A stretch of 63,123 bases of DNA, the filler included, from Choristocarpus tenellus KU-1152 (lineage: Eukaryota > Protista > Phaeophyceae), in the NCBI GenBank assembly GCA_964200185.2. It is 11 parts of 11 records of this genome, joined end to end, with 100 filler letters (N's around TTAATTAATTAA, not from the genome) between each part and the next. Parts side by side here need not be neighbours in the genome. Positions count along the whole stretch, not along the records: positions 48,788 to 53,639 come from CAXNAD020012794.1; positions 53,740 to 56,999 come from CAXNAD020021204.1; positions 57,100 to 59,784 come from CAXNAD020025670.1; positions 59,885 to 63,123 come from CAXNAD020021327.1; 7 more parts are not named here. One strand, given 5' to 3'. This document shows positions 48,788-60,644 of this stretch, one piece after another (position 1 is the stretch's first letter; each line of letters starts with the position of its first letter). The position numbers and the translations under genes are program-made. The notes beneath the pieces were generated by a model, which saw only the letters and a list, made by a program, of their open reading frames with translations, was not told the origin of the DNA and did not search any database.

Positions 48788-50092
48788 CCCCCCGTCCACA
48801 ACAGCTTCCCTCCCAGGCACCACCGACTCTCTCACACTTCGCACGTTCTCCGAATGCCCTCCTTCCGAGCTCTTCAGATGCCCATTCATTTACACGCACG
48901 AGGCATGGGCAGATCCAACATCCATTTAAATTTTTTTTTTAATTTCCCCTGCGGGGCGCTCCTACCCCACAACCCTCCCTTTGCAAGCCTCGCTCGCCGT
49001 AACAAGCCCCCCAAACACACACACCACTGCGTCAGAGTCTGCTCACCACCACCGACTCACCCCTACTGTTGTTGGTAGGAATACGCCTTCTGCCTCCGTG
49101 TCACACACAACAATTAACAATTAAAAAAAAAAGAAGAGCCTTTCAGGTCAAGTCATGTACATCCACCCCTCCACTACGATAGGATTGTTGACTCTACTAA
49201 TGTATCCCGCCCGATCGCGAGGTGCTTCTGTGACATCTCATGAGACCCTCAGTGACAGCAAGGTTGAGAGGAACGGAGGTGACCAATACCACAGGCCTCG
49301 AATTAAACACAGGGTTTCCAACAACAAACACAACAGCGACCGTTCACCCGAATCTGCTGGCTGCATGACGGACGGTCTAGATATATCTGTATATATATAA
49401 AGATATATATGTATGTTTGATTCAGATCTGGAGAAGGTTGTTCACATTTTCCTACGGTGAACACATTTGATATACAAAAAAAAAAACTCACATTGTGAGC
49501 TTTCGATTCCGACTTTATTTATTTATTTTTGGGGTGTGTGTGCGTGATTGTGCGTGATTGTGTGTGTGTGTGTGTCCCAGATTCAGATTGCACTTCATCG
49601 CATCCGCGATATCAAATCAAATCAAATATAAATGTATGTAAATCCAAATCAGACTTAATAAAAAAAAATAATATTATTATATTGTTATATATATATATAT
49701 ATATATATATATCTGTATAGCGGTTAGAAAACACAAGTTGACCAAAATTACAGAACGGGAATCGATTGCTCTGGGTCTTGAGAGGGCACGGTCGTAGAAG
49801 TCGTCATGACATATCGATGGCGTTTTGGGTCTAGTGCCAACAACAGCTCGAGCAACAAAAAGTAAAATAAAAATCCAAGTTTTTGCACTGTTTTATTACT
49901 CACGGGGCAATTGTTACCACCCTCAGGGCCCCCCCCCCCAAAAAAAAACAGCTGTCCGTTTTAGGCTGCTGCAGCAAAAGCGTGACTGCGATATACCACA
50001 CCTGGCCATATTTCAGGCGGCCAATCAATTGCGGCACGGAAAATCGAGAAGAGTTGATGGAAGTGGATGGTACGGAATTCAGTTCTTGCCGT

Positions 50093-50125
50093 GAAGAAGA
50101 AGAAGAAGAAGAAGAAGAAGAAGAA
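50093..50125 (+). repeat. (GAA)n microsatellite
   Basis: Seen directly. Confidence 0.9.
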
Positions 50126-50889
50126 GGAAAAAAAAGGACGAGTGCGTGCGAGATTTTGTCTTCATTGGACCTATCACTATCACTCTGCTCTCAAGGCACT
50201 TCTGTCCCTGTTCAATAAAACGATTCTTCAGTACAGGAGAAGTGATGAGTTTTTTTTTTATTACATGTTCTTGATTGCGTGCGTGTGTTCTTCGATTTTC
50301 CCCACCACCCCACCAACCTTTCAACGAAGGAGCTACACGCACAAGAATAACGGATCCTGATCCTCAAGAGGTGATTCTGTGAATCATGGAGGATGGTAGA
50401 GTGTGTGTGTATGCTGTACTGCAAGCAAGTTGTTGGTGAAACTGTGTGCCGCAAATGACTTTGCACAAATAGGGAATGGTGCTGGGTAGTACTTTATCCT
50501 TACACAGGTTAGGGCTAGGATTAGTGCATCATTGTTCTTAACAGCATAGATCTTTAGGACTTTGTATCCAAACGTATCGTAGGTTGTTAGGAGGCTGGAT
50601 GAGGAGGGGCCGGTGCTCTGAGTATGTTGTACATGGGTTCCCTTGTGTCAAGACAAATGCAAAATATGAACTTCGCCTGTCTGGGTGTTTTGGCATGCTT
50701 GAGGATTATCGCATCAGTGTAGTGGAAAATGGACCGCAAGTATCAAACATACTATTGCCGTTCCTAAACCCAACCCTATCTCGAATCCGTCATATCGTGG
50801 CGAGAATTACTGGCGCAATGGGTTGCGGGGAGTGCACAATGATATGGAGATGCAATTGTAAGGTACAGATGGTTGATCATATCTCATAC

Positions 50890-51483
50890 CTCTTGCAGTG
50901 TGGACAGACCAAAATCCGCCTGGATGTATTTGATGGCACCAGACATCACGCCCACATCTTCGGATCACGAGGGGGGAGAGGGAGTTAAGGGGTTGTGACT
51001 GGAGTGAGTAGAAAGGAGTTTGAGAGTTCCATTGACTTCAATAGTACGTTATGAGCTATGAATCGGATAAACAACGTCCGTTCTTGACCTCATTTCATCG
51101 TAAGGAATGGCAAGGTGCCGTGATCTCCATGAAATATCTGCGCAAGACACAGGTGAAATCAGTGCAAGACTCCATAAGCCTACAGGCGTACTCTCTGCGA
51201 GTCAACGCCAAGGGATGACAACTGCGACACCTGTCTCCAACGATCAGGATATTCACTGACCATATCCCAAGAGGATCGAGGTGAGTGACGCCAGGAAGGC
51301 CGACATGTAGACGATAGTCTTTGGCGAAACGTTGGAGAAGCATCCGAAGCTCACTTTAGCATTATCATCAATCTCGTTACCACCTACATCATCGAAACTG
51401 AAGTGAGGTGTGGTATCTTCATCGCGGATGGTGGCGTCCCTCGTACTGCTCCCCTGCGGCCTCGAAACTTCGAGGGGTTGCAT
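50890..51483 (-). CDS. MFS sugar porter (polyol/monosaccharide transporter-like), first two exons
   Basis: Exons 51483-51261 and 50957-50890 splice to ..YMSAFLASLTSILLGYDVGVMSGAIKYIQADFGLSTLQE, the TM1 signature of the Sugar_tr family. Further exons were not found in the contig. Confidence 0.88.
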
Positions 51484-52829
51484 TGGTTCCCCCTACCACA
51501 CCCACCTGTTAACAGAGACCACGGGTGTCGAGCTCGACCGTTGCATAGATATTTGCAGATGAAATATCTATCAAAGAGTCAAAAGATCAGCCTCTCTAGT
51601 CGCAAAAAGCAATACTACTGTCCCTTATTCCTCCGGTTGCAAATACCTCTAGAACCGAGAACGCACAACAATGTTGGGATGAGTGGGGCTCCTACGTCCA
51701 ATCGTGTACTAGCACTTGGAACAGTGGGTCTTGTGTTGCGACACACGAGGTCAGCAAGACATCTGTGGTGGTTCAAAGGGCCATTTGTTCGGGTTGTGGT
51801 TGGTTGACATACCCGTTTCTGAATAGGAGAGTTAATGACTTGTACATCATTTTTATGGGCCATTATTTGATTTTATGACATATTATTTGATTTGATTTTA
51901 TGACTTATTTTTTTATTTGATTTATGATTGTGGGTGTAGGGTTCCCTTTTGTCCTCATACCGTTCTCCCGATATCCTATAAAACCGCATACCGCTTTAAG
52001 TTTGATATGTGGAATAAAAAATTAATATGTGGAATCCAATATTTTTATTCTGGTTGAGTGTTTTTTTGTGAGAATCACTAAATGAAAGGAAACAATACTT
52101 AGTTTTCATTGGTTTCCCCCTGACACATCTACAAAATGTCAGAGGGCATAATAATAAAATACTTACACTCTCTGTTTGTTCATGAGATACAAGATCACTT
52201 TGACGTCACGTCCTGTCGCTCTCACAATCCACACTCATACACATCATATTATTATGCCATCGGACATTTTCTTGATTTGTGAGTGGAAAAGCCAATTCAT
52301 ATCCTCACTCTCCATTTTCTCGTTTTGGGATCTTACCTTCCCCTCTCAGTTACTGCTCGCATTGGTCCAATTTGTCGGTTTCTCTTCATTACCTTCTGAT
52401 TGAGCCACAATGACTCCGATCCCGTTCATCATTTCAAGTTCTTGAAACAACAACGGATATTGTCCGCCAAATTTCATCATGTTCTAGTATTGTTGATATG
52501 AGCGTGAATGGTATTCCCAAGACCAGTTTCGACGGTCGAACCCCTTTTGACGTTAGACATATTCTAACGGAAGCCTGGTGTTGAATGACTCTATCCTCCA
52601 CCTGGTGAACACTAAGTTTTGTAGAGGTGTAAAACCTTGTAACATTACAATGTTTTTGAGTAGAATAAAAAATGCTATACCAGGATCGAGCTGGAAACTT
52701 CTAGGAGGGTCCAGAACAAGATTCGAGGGAGGATTCAAAGCAACAACTAGTGAAAAGGTTGAACAAAACCCGAGAGAAGCAAGGAATGAACGGATGCAGT
52801 ACAATTTGGGTCAACAGTTATAATAGTCA

Positions 52830-53195
52830 GTACCACAACATCTCAATATTTTTGTAAGGAATGGTATTGTGCAATCAATAAGCTCAACGAAGGTTACTTC
52901 TAGTTTCAATTCTTCTTTCGGCAATTTCCATATTGGAAAGCAACTGTATGGTGTTGGACCAAGAACAATGCGTGTGGAGTGATATTATACATATTATGGA
53001 TGTTGAAGGAATCAAATAAAATAGTAGGTGAACTAGGAAACAAAGACAGTGAGACTGAACGTAGTTGTATAAAGGAGTCTATTCCTTTTGTTCTCATAAA
53101 GTACCACATCTCAACATTTTGATTGGAAATGGTATTGTGCAATCAATACGCCGAACGAAGGTTTACATCTAATTTCAATTCTTCTTTCGGAACGT
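52830..53195 (+). repeat. ~95-bp direct duplication ~270 bp apart
   Basis: GTACCAC..CATCTCAA..TTTT..AATGGTATTGTGCAATCAATA..AACGAAGGTT..TCTA.TTTCAATTCTTCTTTCGG at ~52830 and ~53101. Confidence 0.8.
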
Positions 53196-53639
53196 TTCTT
53201 CTAGGAAAGTGATAGTTTATGAAGTAAACTGAGTTTTGTGGGCGGGAGAATTCTGGTTGGCTGGGGGTAGAAAAGAAAGAAGAAGAGAATGAATAGTTAA
53301 GGAAGGAACGAGAGAGTTAATGAAATCGAGGGGTAGGGTTAGTAACCCTAAGTAGGCAGAAACAGAGGATAGCAGTCAGGAAATTAACTGGTACGAGATA
53401 AGGAGGGAAGGATAAGGCAACCTCCGAGCAAACTTCTCGCCGGAGTGGATCAAGACATAACCTGAACAATCTTTCCGAAAGCTGGAAGGGAGAAAGGTCC
53501 GAAGGAAGGGGTGGGGATGCTTGAGAAACGGATACGGAAATGGTAAGAGAAGGTCAACAAGGTAAGGGGTCTGATGAGTGAGACGATGAACAACGGTGTG
53601 GATAGGTGTAGGGTAGGTAGGGAATACGGGTAGTGAAGT

Positions 53640-53739
53640 NNNNNNNNNNNNNNNNNNNNNNNNNNNNNNNNNNNNNNNNNNNNTTAATTAATTAANNNNN
53701 NNNNNNNNNNNNNNNNNNNNNNNNNNNNNNNNNNNNNNN
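53640..53739. other. Artificial contig linker
   Basis: N44-TTAATTAATTAA-N44. Confidence 0.98.
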
Positions 53740-53849
53740 ACGTGAGTAGCAACGATGGAGAGAGTGACGATATGGGATCAATGGATTTGTGACTGGGGGG
53801 GGGGGGGAATTGATTGAAAGGCGTAGCATAATAGGTCTGTTTCAAGTCA

Positions 53850-55700
53850 AAGGTAGTGATAAAAATAAGTGTCTTGTTGTCATTTTTGTGTTGATATTTC
53901 TTGTTTTTTGTGCTTTCTTATGACTGTTTCCGATTTGTTTCCTGCAAGAAATATGGGGCGCACAACAGTGCCTGTCCTATGCATACATGCCACCACTGGG
54001 TTTGACCAACCCTTGACGGATGACTGTATTGGCATTGTTTTTATTATTGCTCTTCCTCTAATAGCATGATGCAAACTCTACAGAGTTTCAAACTTGAAGG
54101 TTTGGTTGCAGGTGCAATACGTAAGTATTAATACTTTTGTTCATCGAACCATAAAAAGTAGTCATGTTGACAGCGGCGATGTCATGGCTAAGTAGAGGCA
54201 GTGATTGGAATGGCACTGGGAAGTGACACTGTAACTGTCCCTGTATAAGGGCAGATCGATTGAACCCCAAGCAATCTTTCATTACAATGTCTGCGAAAAA
54301 AGGAAAAGCAGAAAGTGTAAAGGTTTACCTTAGATTCTTCATGCAAAAGAGGACTGCAGCAAACAGTGCTCGAAATAGAAACATGGAGGGTATGCCAGCA
54401 CTACTATGAACACCTGTTTGTTGTCGACCAATATAATTTTATGGAGGAGAGGAGTGAAAGCCAGGATAACGTTTGCCAATAATCGTGTTAGTAGTTTTTG
54501 GGACTTTCAAGGTCCAGGTTAGGGAGTCATGAATAACCATGGGTAATATAGCAACTCATCAGAAGGATAAAAGAAAGAACATGTGTGTGTATATATATTG
54601 GTTCTTGTTGCACAGTTAGTTCAATAGTTACTGCTGTTGGACCGCGGGCAGTGCAACAAGAGAGTGTACACTACTTACCGATAACTAGGATTAAGCCCTT
54701 GCGCGTACAGGAGATCCTTGTTCGCAAACAGTGCTGGCCCTCGTCCGAAGTGATGTGAAAGAAGTAATAATGGATTGATCGTTTTTGAAGGATGGGTGTT
54801 TGCCATCGGCGCTCTATCTGAAGAAGTGAGAAGAACGTCATTTAATCGAATCGATTTCTTGTCGGAATCTCTCACATCCCGTTAACGATGAAGTGGATAT
54901 GAACGAGGAAGTGTTCGTACTTTTTGGTAACCTTTTGTCGATTAATAAATCTATAGTATTGTTTTTTCACGATTCTGGAGTTGAAAACTTCGTGTACCTC
55001 TGTCGCAAATATTGAAACGGAACGGTTTTGTTCTTTTTCATTGGAGGGACCCTGGAGTCAACTAATAGTTCTGTACTAAATAGCTGTTTTTTTCCGAATA
55101 TAGGTTATATTTTGGGTCAGAAGTAGTGTAGGAGTATGATTAAGTACCTCGAATCATTATCGTTAGTAACATTAGTGTGAGGAGTTCCAGATCAGTGAGA
55201 GGAACGTAATCCAATATGCTCGAGATTTACACAAATATGAATAAAGAAAAAATTCATAGAAAGAAAAGGAATTCGGTTTATCTAAGAAGGATAAAGAATA
55301 GAAACAATCCTGAGATAGGACTTCGTTTGCATGAGCACACATTGCGAGGTTCTACGGAGAAAGGGAGGGAATAAAAAATTAGCATCACACTGAGTCTACC
55401 CAATGTGTGATATTCCAAATATACACCCTATTATGCTGTCCTGTGCCTAGTAAAAGGGCAGTCCAGTAGGGTGTTTAACCCAGCATAATGCAGTCAGCAC
55501 TGACTACTTCCTGGTAGGTTAGGGGTTTGATAAAGTAACTTTTCAATGCATTACTTTGATATATTGAATAGCCCCCCCCCCTCCCCCCACAGTTGTGTTC
55601 ATCGTAAACCTGTTGCCAAACAGCTTGCAGAAAGAGAGTTGGAACCTCTTTTGTCCTCAATTTGTAGAAATAATGATGGGGATGCACATTATACTTTGAA
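53850..55700 (-). pseudogene. Decayed L1/Tx1-like LINE ORF2 (RT) remnant
   Basis: Minus-strand remnants in the expected order: CDRGTRSF (~55000, GDRNTKFF-like), FGRGPA (~54740), RLLANVILAFTPLLHKIILVDNKQVFI (~54480-54405, KILA..LPKII..Q.GF-like), RGRAII (~54050). Many stops. Confidence 0.5.
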
Positions 55701-56999
55701 GAATATGAGATAATCCTCCCAATAACAGAAAATGGCAGGGGAGATTTACTAAAATAGAACAGCTAGACCCTTGCACCCAAGATAGATGATAAATTGGGGG
55801 GTGGAATAGGTACACAATGAGTACCTCCTCAAAAGCTTGAAACTATGCTTAATAACTACTCTGTTTTCAGTACCAAACACCCACCGTGTACATATGTTCC
55901 TATGGAAAAAGAAGAAAAATCAACCAGTGGGGTCTGTTTCAGGGTCAAATTGTGTAATACCAATACCACCAAACCAGTATTTCCTGTACTCCATCACCTA
56001 TCCTTACCACTGTAAAAAAAAGTTCAAGGTTAGGGTTCAACAGAAATAGAACAAACTGTACTAAAAAATTGTTGCAGACACGTTAGTACTAAATATGTAT
56101 ATCGAAATGAAATTCAAAGGACTCACAGCACGGACACTGGACATGAATCATTCTCCTAACTGAAGTACTGAGGAAAAAAAAATGTGAGAGCTATGCAGCA
56201 GACCTGCTGGACGTCTAAAAACGCCTTCGTGTGTGTTATTATTAAGACAGGGGAGGGGGCAAAGATTGTTCAGGGGTAGTCCAGAGGAAAACATTCCCGA
56301 CCAATGAGAAGACGGCCATTCATGGTGCATGCAAACCACACGCAGTTCGTCACAACAGTTGATCAATCAGCACTATCCATGGGGCCCCTTCAACCAATCA
56401 GTATGCTTAAATACACAAAAACGTACAGGCTTACAACTCTTGGGGTGTTAGTTAGCCGCACACATCTTGCAGACAATACGGTAAAAAAAAAAGGGGCATA
56501 GTAGTACAGCAATACAAAGCATACCATGTAAGCACACAAATAATAATAATAATAACAAATGTATCCAACGATATGTCACGTCACTCCTTCACACACACAC
56601 ACAACACGCACTTGAGCCCTTGCCCTCAACACCTTTCAACCTCTTGTCAGGAACATCATCACACAAGCCGTACATTCAGACTACACATGTCCCCTGCATC
56701 TTGCCAGTAGTACTGCAATACACTACAGCAACTTCATCTTATTATCCTCTTCCTCAACCCCCCCTACCTATGGCACAGAAGTTGCAGTGTTTAACTCTTG
56801 CTTTGCCTAGTCACTGAAATGCAAGCTCCACAGAAAGCATGCAGGATTGGGTAACAAAGGATCTCCAAACACAACCTAACATGTTGACATCTTCCTAACA
56901 CACCACCCCTGGTTTGTCTCCTTACTTTGCCCTCCACCCCCCACCCCCACCGAAATGCGGAGATAGGCTCAAGCTCTGTCTGAAATCCTGCCACACAGG

Positions 57000-57099
57000 N
57001 NNNNNNNNNNNNNNNNNNNNNNNNNNNNNNNNNNNNNNNNNNNTTAATTAATTAANNNNNNNNNNNNNNNNNNNNNNNNNNNNNNNNNNNNNNNNNNNN
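57000..57099. other. Artificial contig linker
   Basis: N44-TTAATTAATTAA-N44. Confidence 0.98.
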
Positions 57100-57117
57100 A
57101 CACAGCATCTCACACAC

Positions 57118-57456
57118 CTTTCACAAGTGACGCGTATGCCGCCACCCCCTCCCCCTCTCCCTCCCCCCTCTCCCCTCTGTCTACGCCTCCTCTGTGCTTG
57201 ATGCTCCGCTTGCGCTCTGGGTGCCCTTCCCGTGCCACTGACGCTGCTCCCCTCCCCCCCAGCACCATCGCCTTTCCCGTGTCCGTTCCCATCACCCGAG
57301 AGCCCGCGAGAGTACTTGGCCTGTCCACCGACATCATCTCCGCCATCACCGGCGCTGCCTGATCCGTTGTCAGGCTCTTTGAGGTCCTCGGCATGGACGA
57401 CCTCGACCCCTAGACGAACATCGAGATCAAACCTTGAAGAGTAAGCCCGCAGGTAC
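57118..57456 (-). CDS. Internal exon, probable flavin-containing monooxygenase (FMO/YUCCA-like) with Gly-rich insert
   Basis: GC-rich open exon with a T-rich..CAG acceptor and AG|GTGTG donor. YLRAYSSRFDLDVRLGVEVVHAE...IRVTCE resembles the FMO segment YL..YA..F.L.IRF..EV..W.V. Confidence 0.6.
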
Positions 57457-57602
57457 CTGTTTATAAAATAAATAAATAAATAAATAAAAGAAAATAAAAG
57501 AAAAATAAGGGAAGGTGGGTCGTGTGGATGTTTGTGTGCGTTTTACGTATACATTAATTAAAAAAAATCAAAATAATGAACGGGGATGCGTGTGCACATG
57601 TG

Positions 57603-57634
<32 letters not shown>

Positions 57635-59186
57635 TTTTTTGTGTGTTGTGATTTTTTTTTTAAGAAACCCAGTTTTTTTCTTTGGTGTGTACTCTACACT
57701 GATTCGAAAATAACTGTGTGCGTACATGCACGCCATCATCAAATTGGAAAAACCCGTGTGTATCTACGGTTGCAAAAAGTGGTATCACATCAGGGCTCTG
57801 TAGCGCTACGTAGTATTGACATTATTTTTTTTTAACGAGAGATTCCAAAACAGTAAATCGTACGTTACGATGCAGGTGATTAACAGTACAGATGATTGTG
57901 CTACTGCTATTTAGGTATGTACTCTAAAAAAAAAAATCTTATAGAATCGAATGCATGTATACCCTGCACAAAGAAGTGCTGTTGTACCCTTTTACGTCAT
58001 CAATAATAATAGCACTTACTCCCTTTTTGAACTTTTTTTAAAACGGTAGTTTAAAGCGCTCTCGTGTACACAGACAGCATTATCTACTTTATTCTTGTCA
58101 ACAAAAAAGATACAATACAAATTTCAATCTATTGAGAAAAAAAAATGCAATGAGAAGGGTTTCTCTCGTTTTTTTTTTTTAATGACAAGAAAGGTCTATT
58201 ACTTATATTGTCGAAGTATTTTACAGGATAGTGGACAGACACAGGTATGCCTTGCGCGCATGTGGACTCAAACAGGTACAATTTAAAAACGACTGCACAC
58301 ACACACAACGAACACTTCAAACCTCTCTCTCACCCCAGAACAAAAAACTACATAAAATGAAGTAAAAAAAGTTGGACAGAAACAGGTACGCACCGCGCGG
58401 GCATGAACTCAAACAGGTACATATCTAAAACAACAATATATATATAATATACATATATATAGAGAGAGAGAGGCTATAGACTGTAAACAATAAACAAAAA
58501 TGAACCGTTCATCCCAGACCAAAACACCTCAACACAGAGTAGAAGTCCACATTTCACCAGAGGGTATATACCCTTATGTGACATCTCAGGTTGCTGTTCA
58601 CCCCCTTCTTTTCTACTTTCTCGCACTGCACATAACACTCTCAACTATGGCAGGACTGCAATTTATCCTGTTTTAGTCCCGTGGTCATGTCCCGTTTTAG
58701 TCCTGTGGTCATATTGACATTACTGTCACCACGACCAGCATATCTCACCCTAATGCCCTCCCCCCACCTCTCTGAACCAAGAACAAACAAAAGTCAGAAT
58801 CATTTGATTTCTTCCGAGAGAGAGGAGAGAGAGGTTAACGCTATCAATTTCTTCTTTAAAAAAAAATATGTTTTTCTCAAGAGGGGGGTTTGGGGGTTTG
58901 GGGGGGGGGGGGGGGGTGGTGGTGGGGGGGGGGGGGGGGGGGAGGGGATGAGGTTGGAGTTACCCCGAAGATGCTGATGGACAATGGAATGTCTCCCGAA
59001 ACGAAGGGAGATAAAGGGAGGATGACATAATCATAATCATAATCAGGGTTCCACCAATGGTAGTCTGTCATTCATACTCGGAGTGTGTTGAGTCAAAAGT
59101 AGCCAAGAGGAGAGTGTCCCTCTGGAGTTCAGTTGTAAGACCACTCCAATCTTCCACAGTGGCACACATGCTTTGGATAACTCTAT

Positions 59187-59188
<2 letters not shown>

Positions 59189-59220
<32 letters not shown>
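59189..59220. repeat. (AT)n microsatellite
   Basis: Seen directly. Confidence 0.9.
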
Positions 59221-59223
<3 letters not shown>

Positions 59224-59701
59224 GAGTACATTAAAAGATACATAAAAAACATTCAGTCTGCAGAAACAGGAAGTTACACACCAGTATGCAGATCTATCAT
59301 CCCCAATATCTGGTTGGTGGGAACCTCCGATTTTGGATCAAAGTTGTCGGCCTGACGATTCTTTGGATGTAGTATATATTTGGTACTGTTGTGCGATGGG
59401 CGTAGAGGTAAAAATTCTGACATTTGAAGTAGTATCGAAAAATAAGAACGGTGTATCCTTTTTTCTAGATCACTCCCCATTCACTGTATTTATTTGTAAA
59501 TTTCTTTGTGGTTGTGTTGTGCCTCACCCCCCTATTCTTGGTCTCTCTTGCTTCTTCCAGAAAATGATGCCACCGAGTTAAGTAGATGTACCCCTATAAT
59601 AGCAACAAAGTGGTGGGTATCATTTAACTATTTCTGTCGAATCGATACTGTACTGCCTCGTCCCCTTTCCCTTCCATCATTACTTGAAGGGACAATGCCC
59701 T

Positions 59702-59732
<31 letters not shown>

Positions 59733-59784
59733 AAACCAACTCTTTACTTATACATTTCTTCTTCCACCATCCTTTCCCCACTTT

Positions 59785-59884
59785 NNNNNNNNNNNNNNNN
59801 NNNNNNNNNNNNNNNNNNNNNNNNNNNNTTAATTAATTAANNNNNNNNNNNNNNNNNNNNNNNNNNNNNNNNNNNNNNNNNNNN
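59785..59884. other. Artificial contig linker
   Basis: N44-TTAATTAATTAA-N44. Confidence 0.98.
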
Positions 59885-60644
59885 GAGCGAGGGAGGGGTA
59901 GACATGAGGCCGATATGTCAGCCCATTTCACCACGTTTCGTGGAGAAACAGGGCATGTTTCCAGTAGTGCTAGAGCGCAAGCTCTACATCACCGCCATCA
60001 TACATGCAAGTTGCAACCCACAAACCAAAACTAAATACCACGCAGTTAGTTACTTAATGGCCGCTATTCGGCGAGTAGATCGCAAGTAGGTCGTCTCAAG
60101 ATGAAACTTTCTTACCTGCCAATGCGCGTGCTGGATGATGCAACCCCCCGCATGATCGAGGCTGTTGTGGTACTTGTCGATAAGCCTTGTGAGGGCAAGG
60201 TGGGTGGCTTTGCAGACAAGCGTTACAACCTGCGCGAACGATGATGTCCGTCGTTAGTTGACAAATAGTACTCTGCTCACTTACGCATTGTTTACTTGGA
60301 GCTAAAAAGAGGGGTAACGCAATGTGTTTTTGCGATGTAGAGCACATACACCTGACTGGCTGATATAGATGTCTGTCGGTTTCCCTCCTCCTTGATTAGC
60401 TCTTACGCTCCTCTCACCCTTCCAAAGCTGAGGCGTACGAGGGCAGGGGAGCACAGCGCATCATCAGTTAATTGACTGTTCACCAGGCCTGCGATATCTG
60501 TAGGCAAATCGTGCAAGGATGTACTCGTCCTCGGGTATCTAGCCTTCGGTGGGTCCTCTCACCATGACGGTAAATCAAGTGGTGTGTGCGCAACCAGCAT
60601 CTATTCGGTCGTGTGATTGTTGCGCCACAACCCACAATGCGTAC

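Noticed and set aside
59274-59352. Additional FMO exon
   Set aside because: Plausible acceptor, but the translation has no FMO motif and ends in a stop upstream of the FMO-like exon.
5345-59884. Recurring TTAATTAATTAA palindrome as a biological motif, and ORFs running through X stretches
   Set aside because: Always centred in exactly 88 Ns; an artificial six-frame-stop linker.
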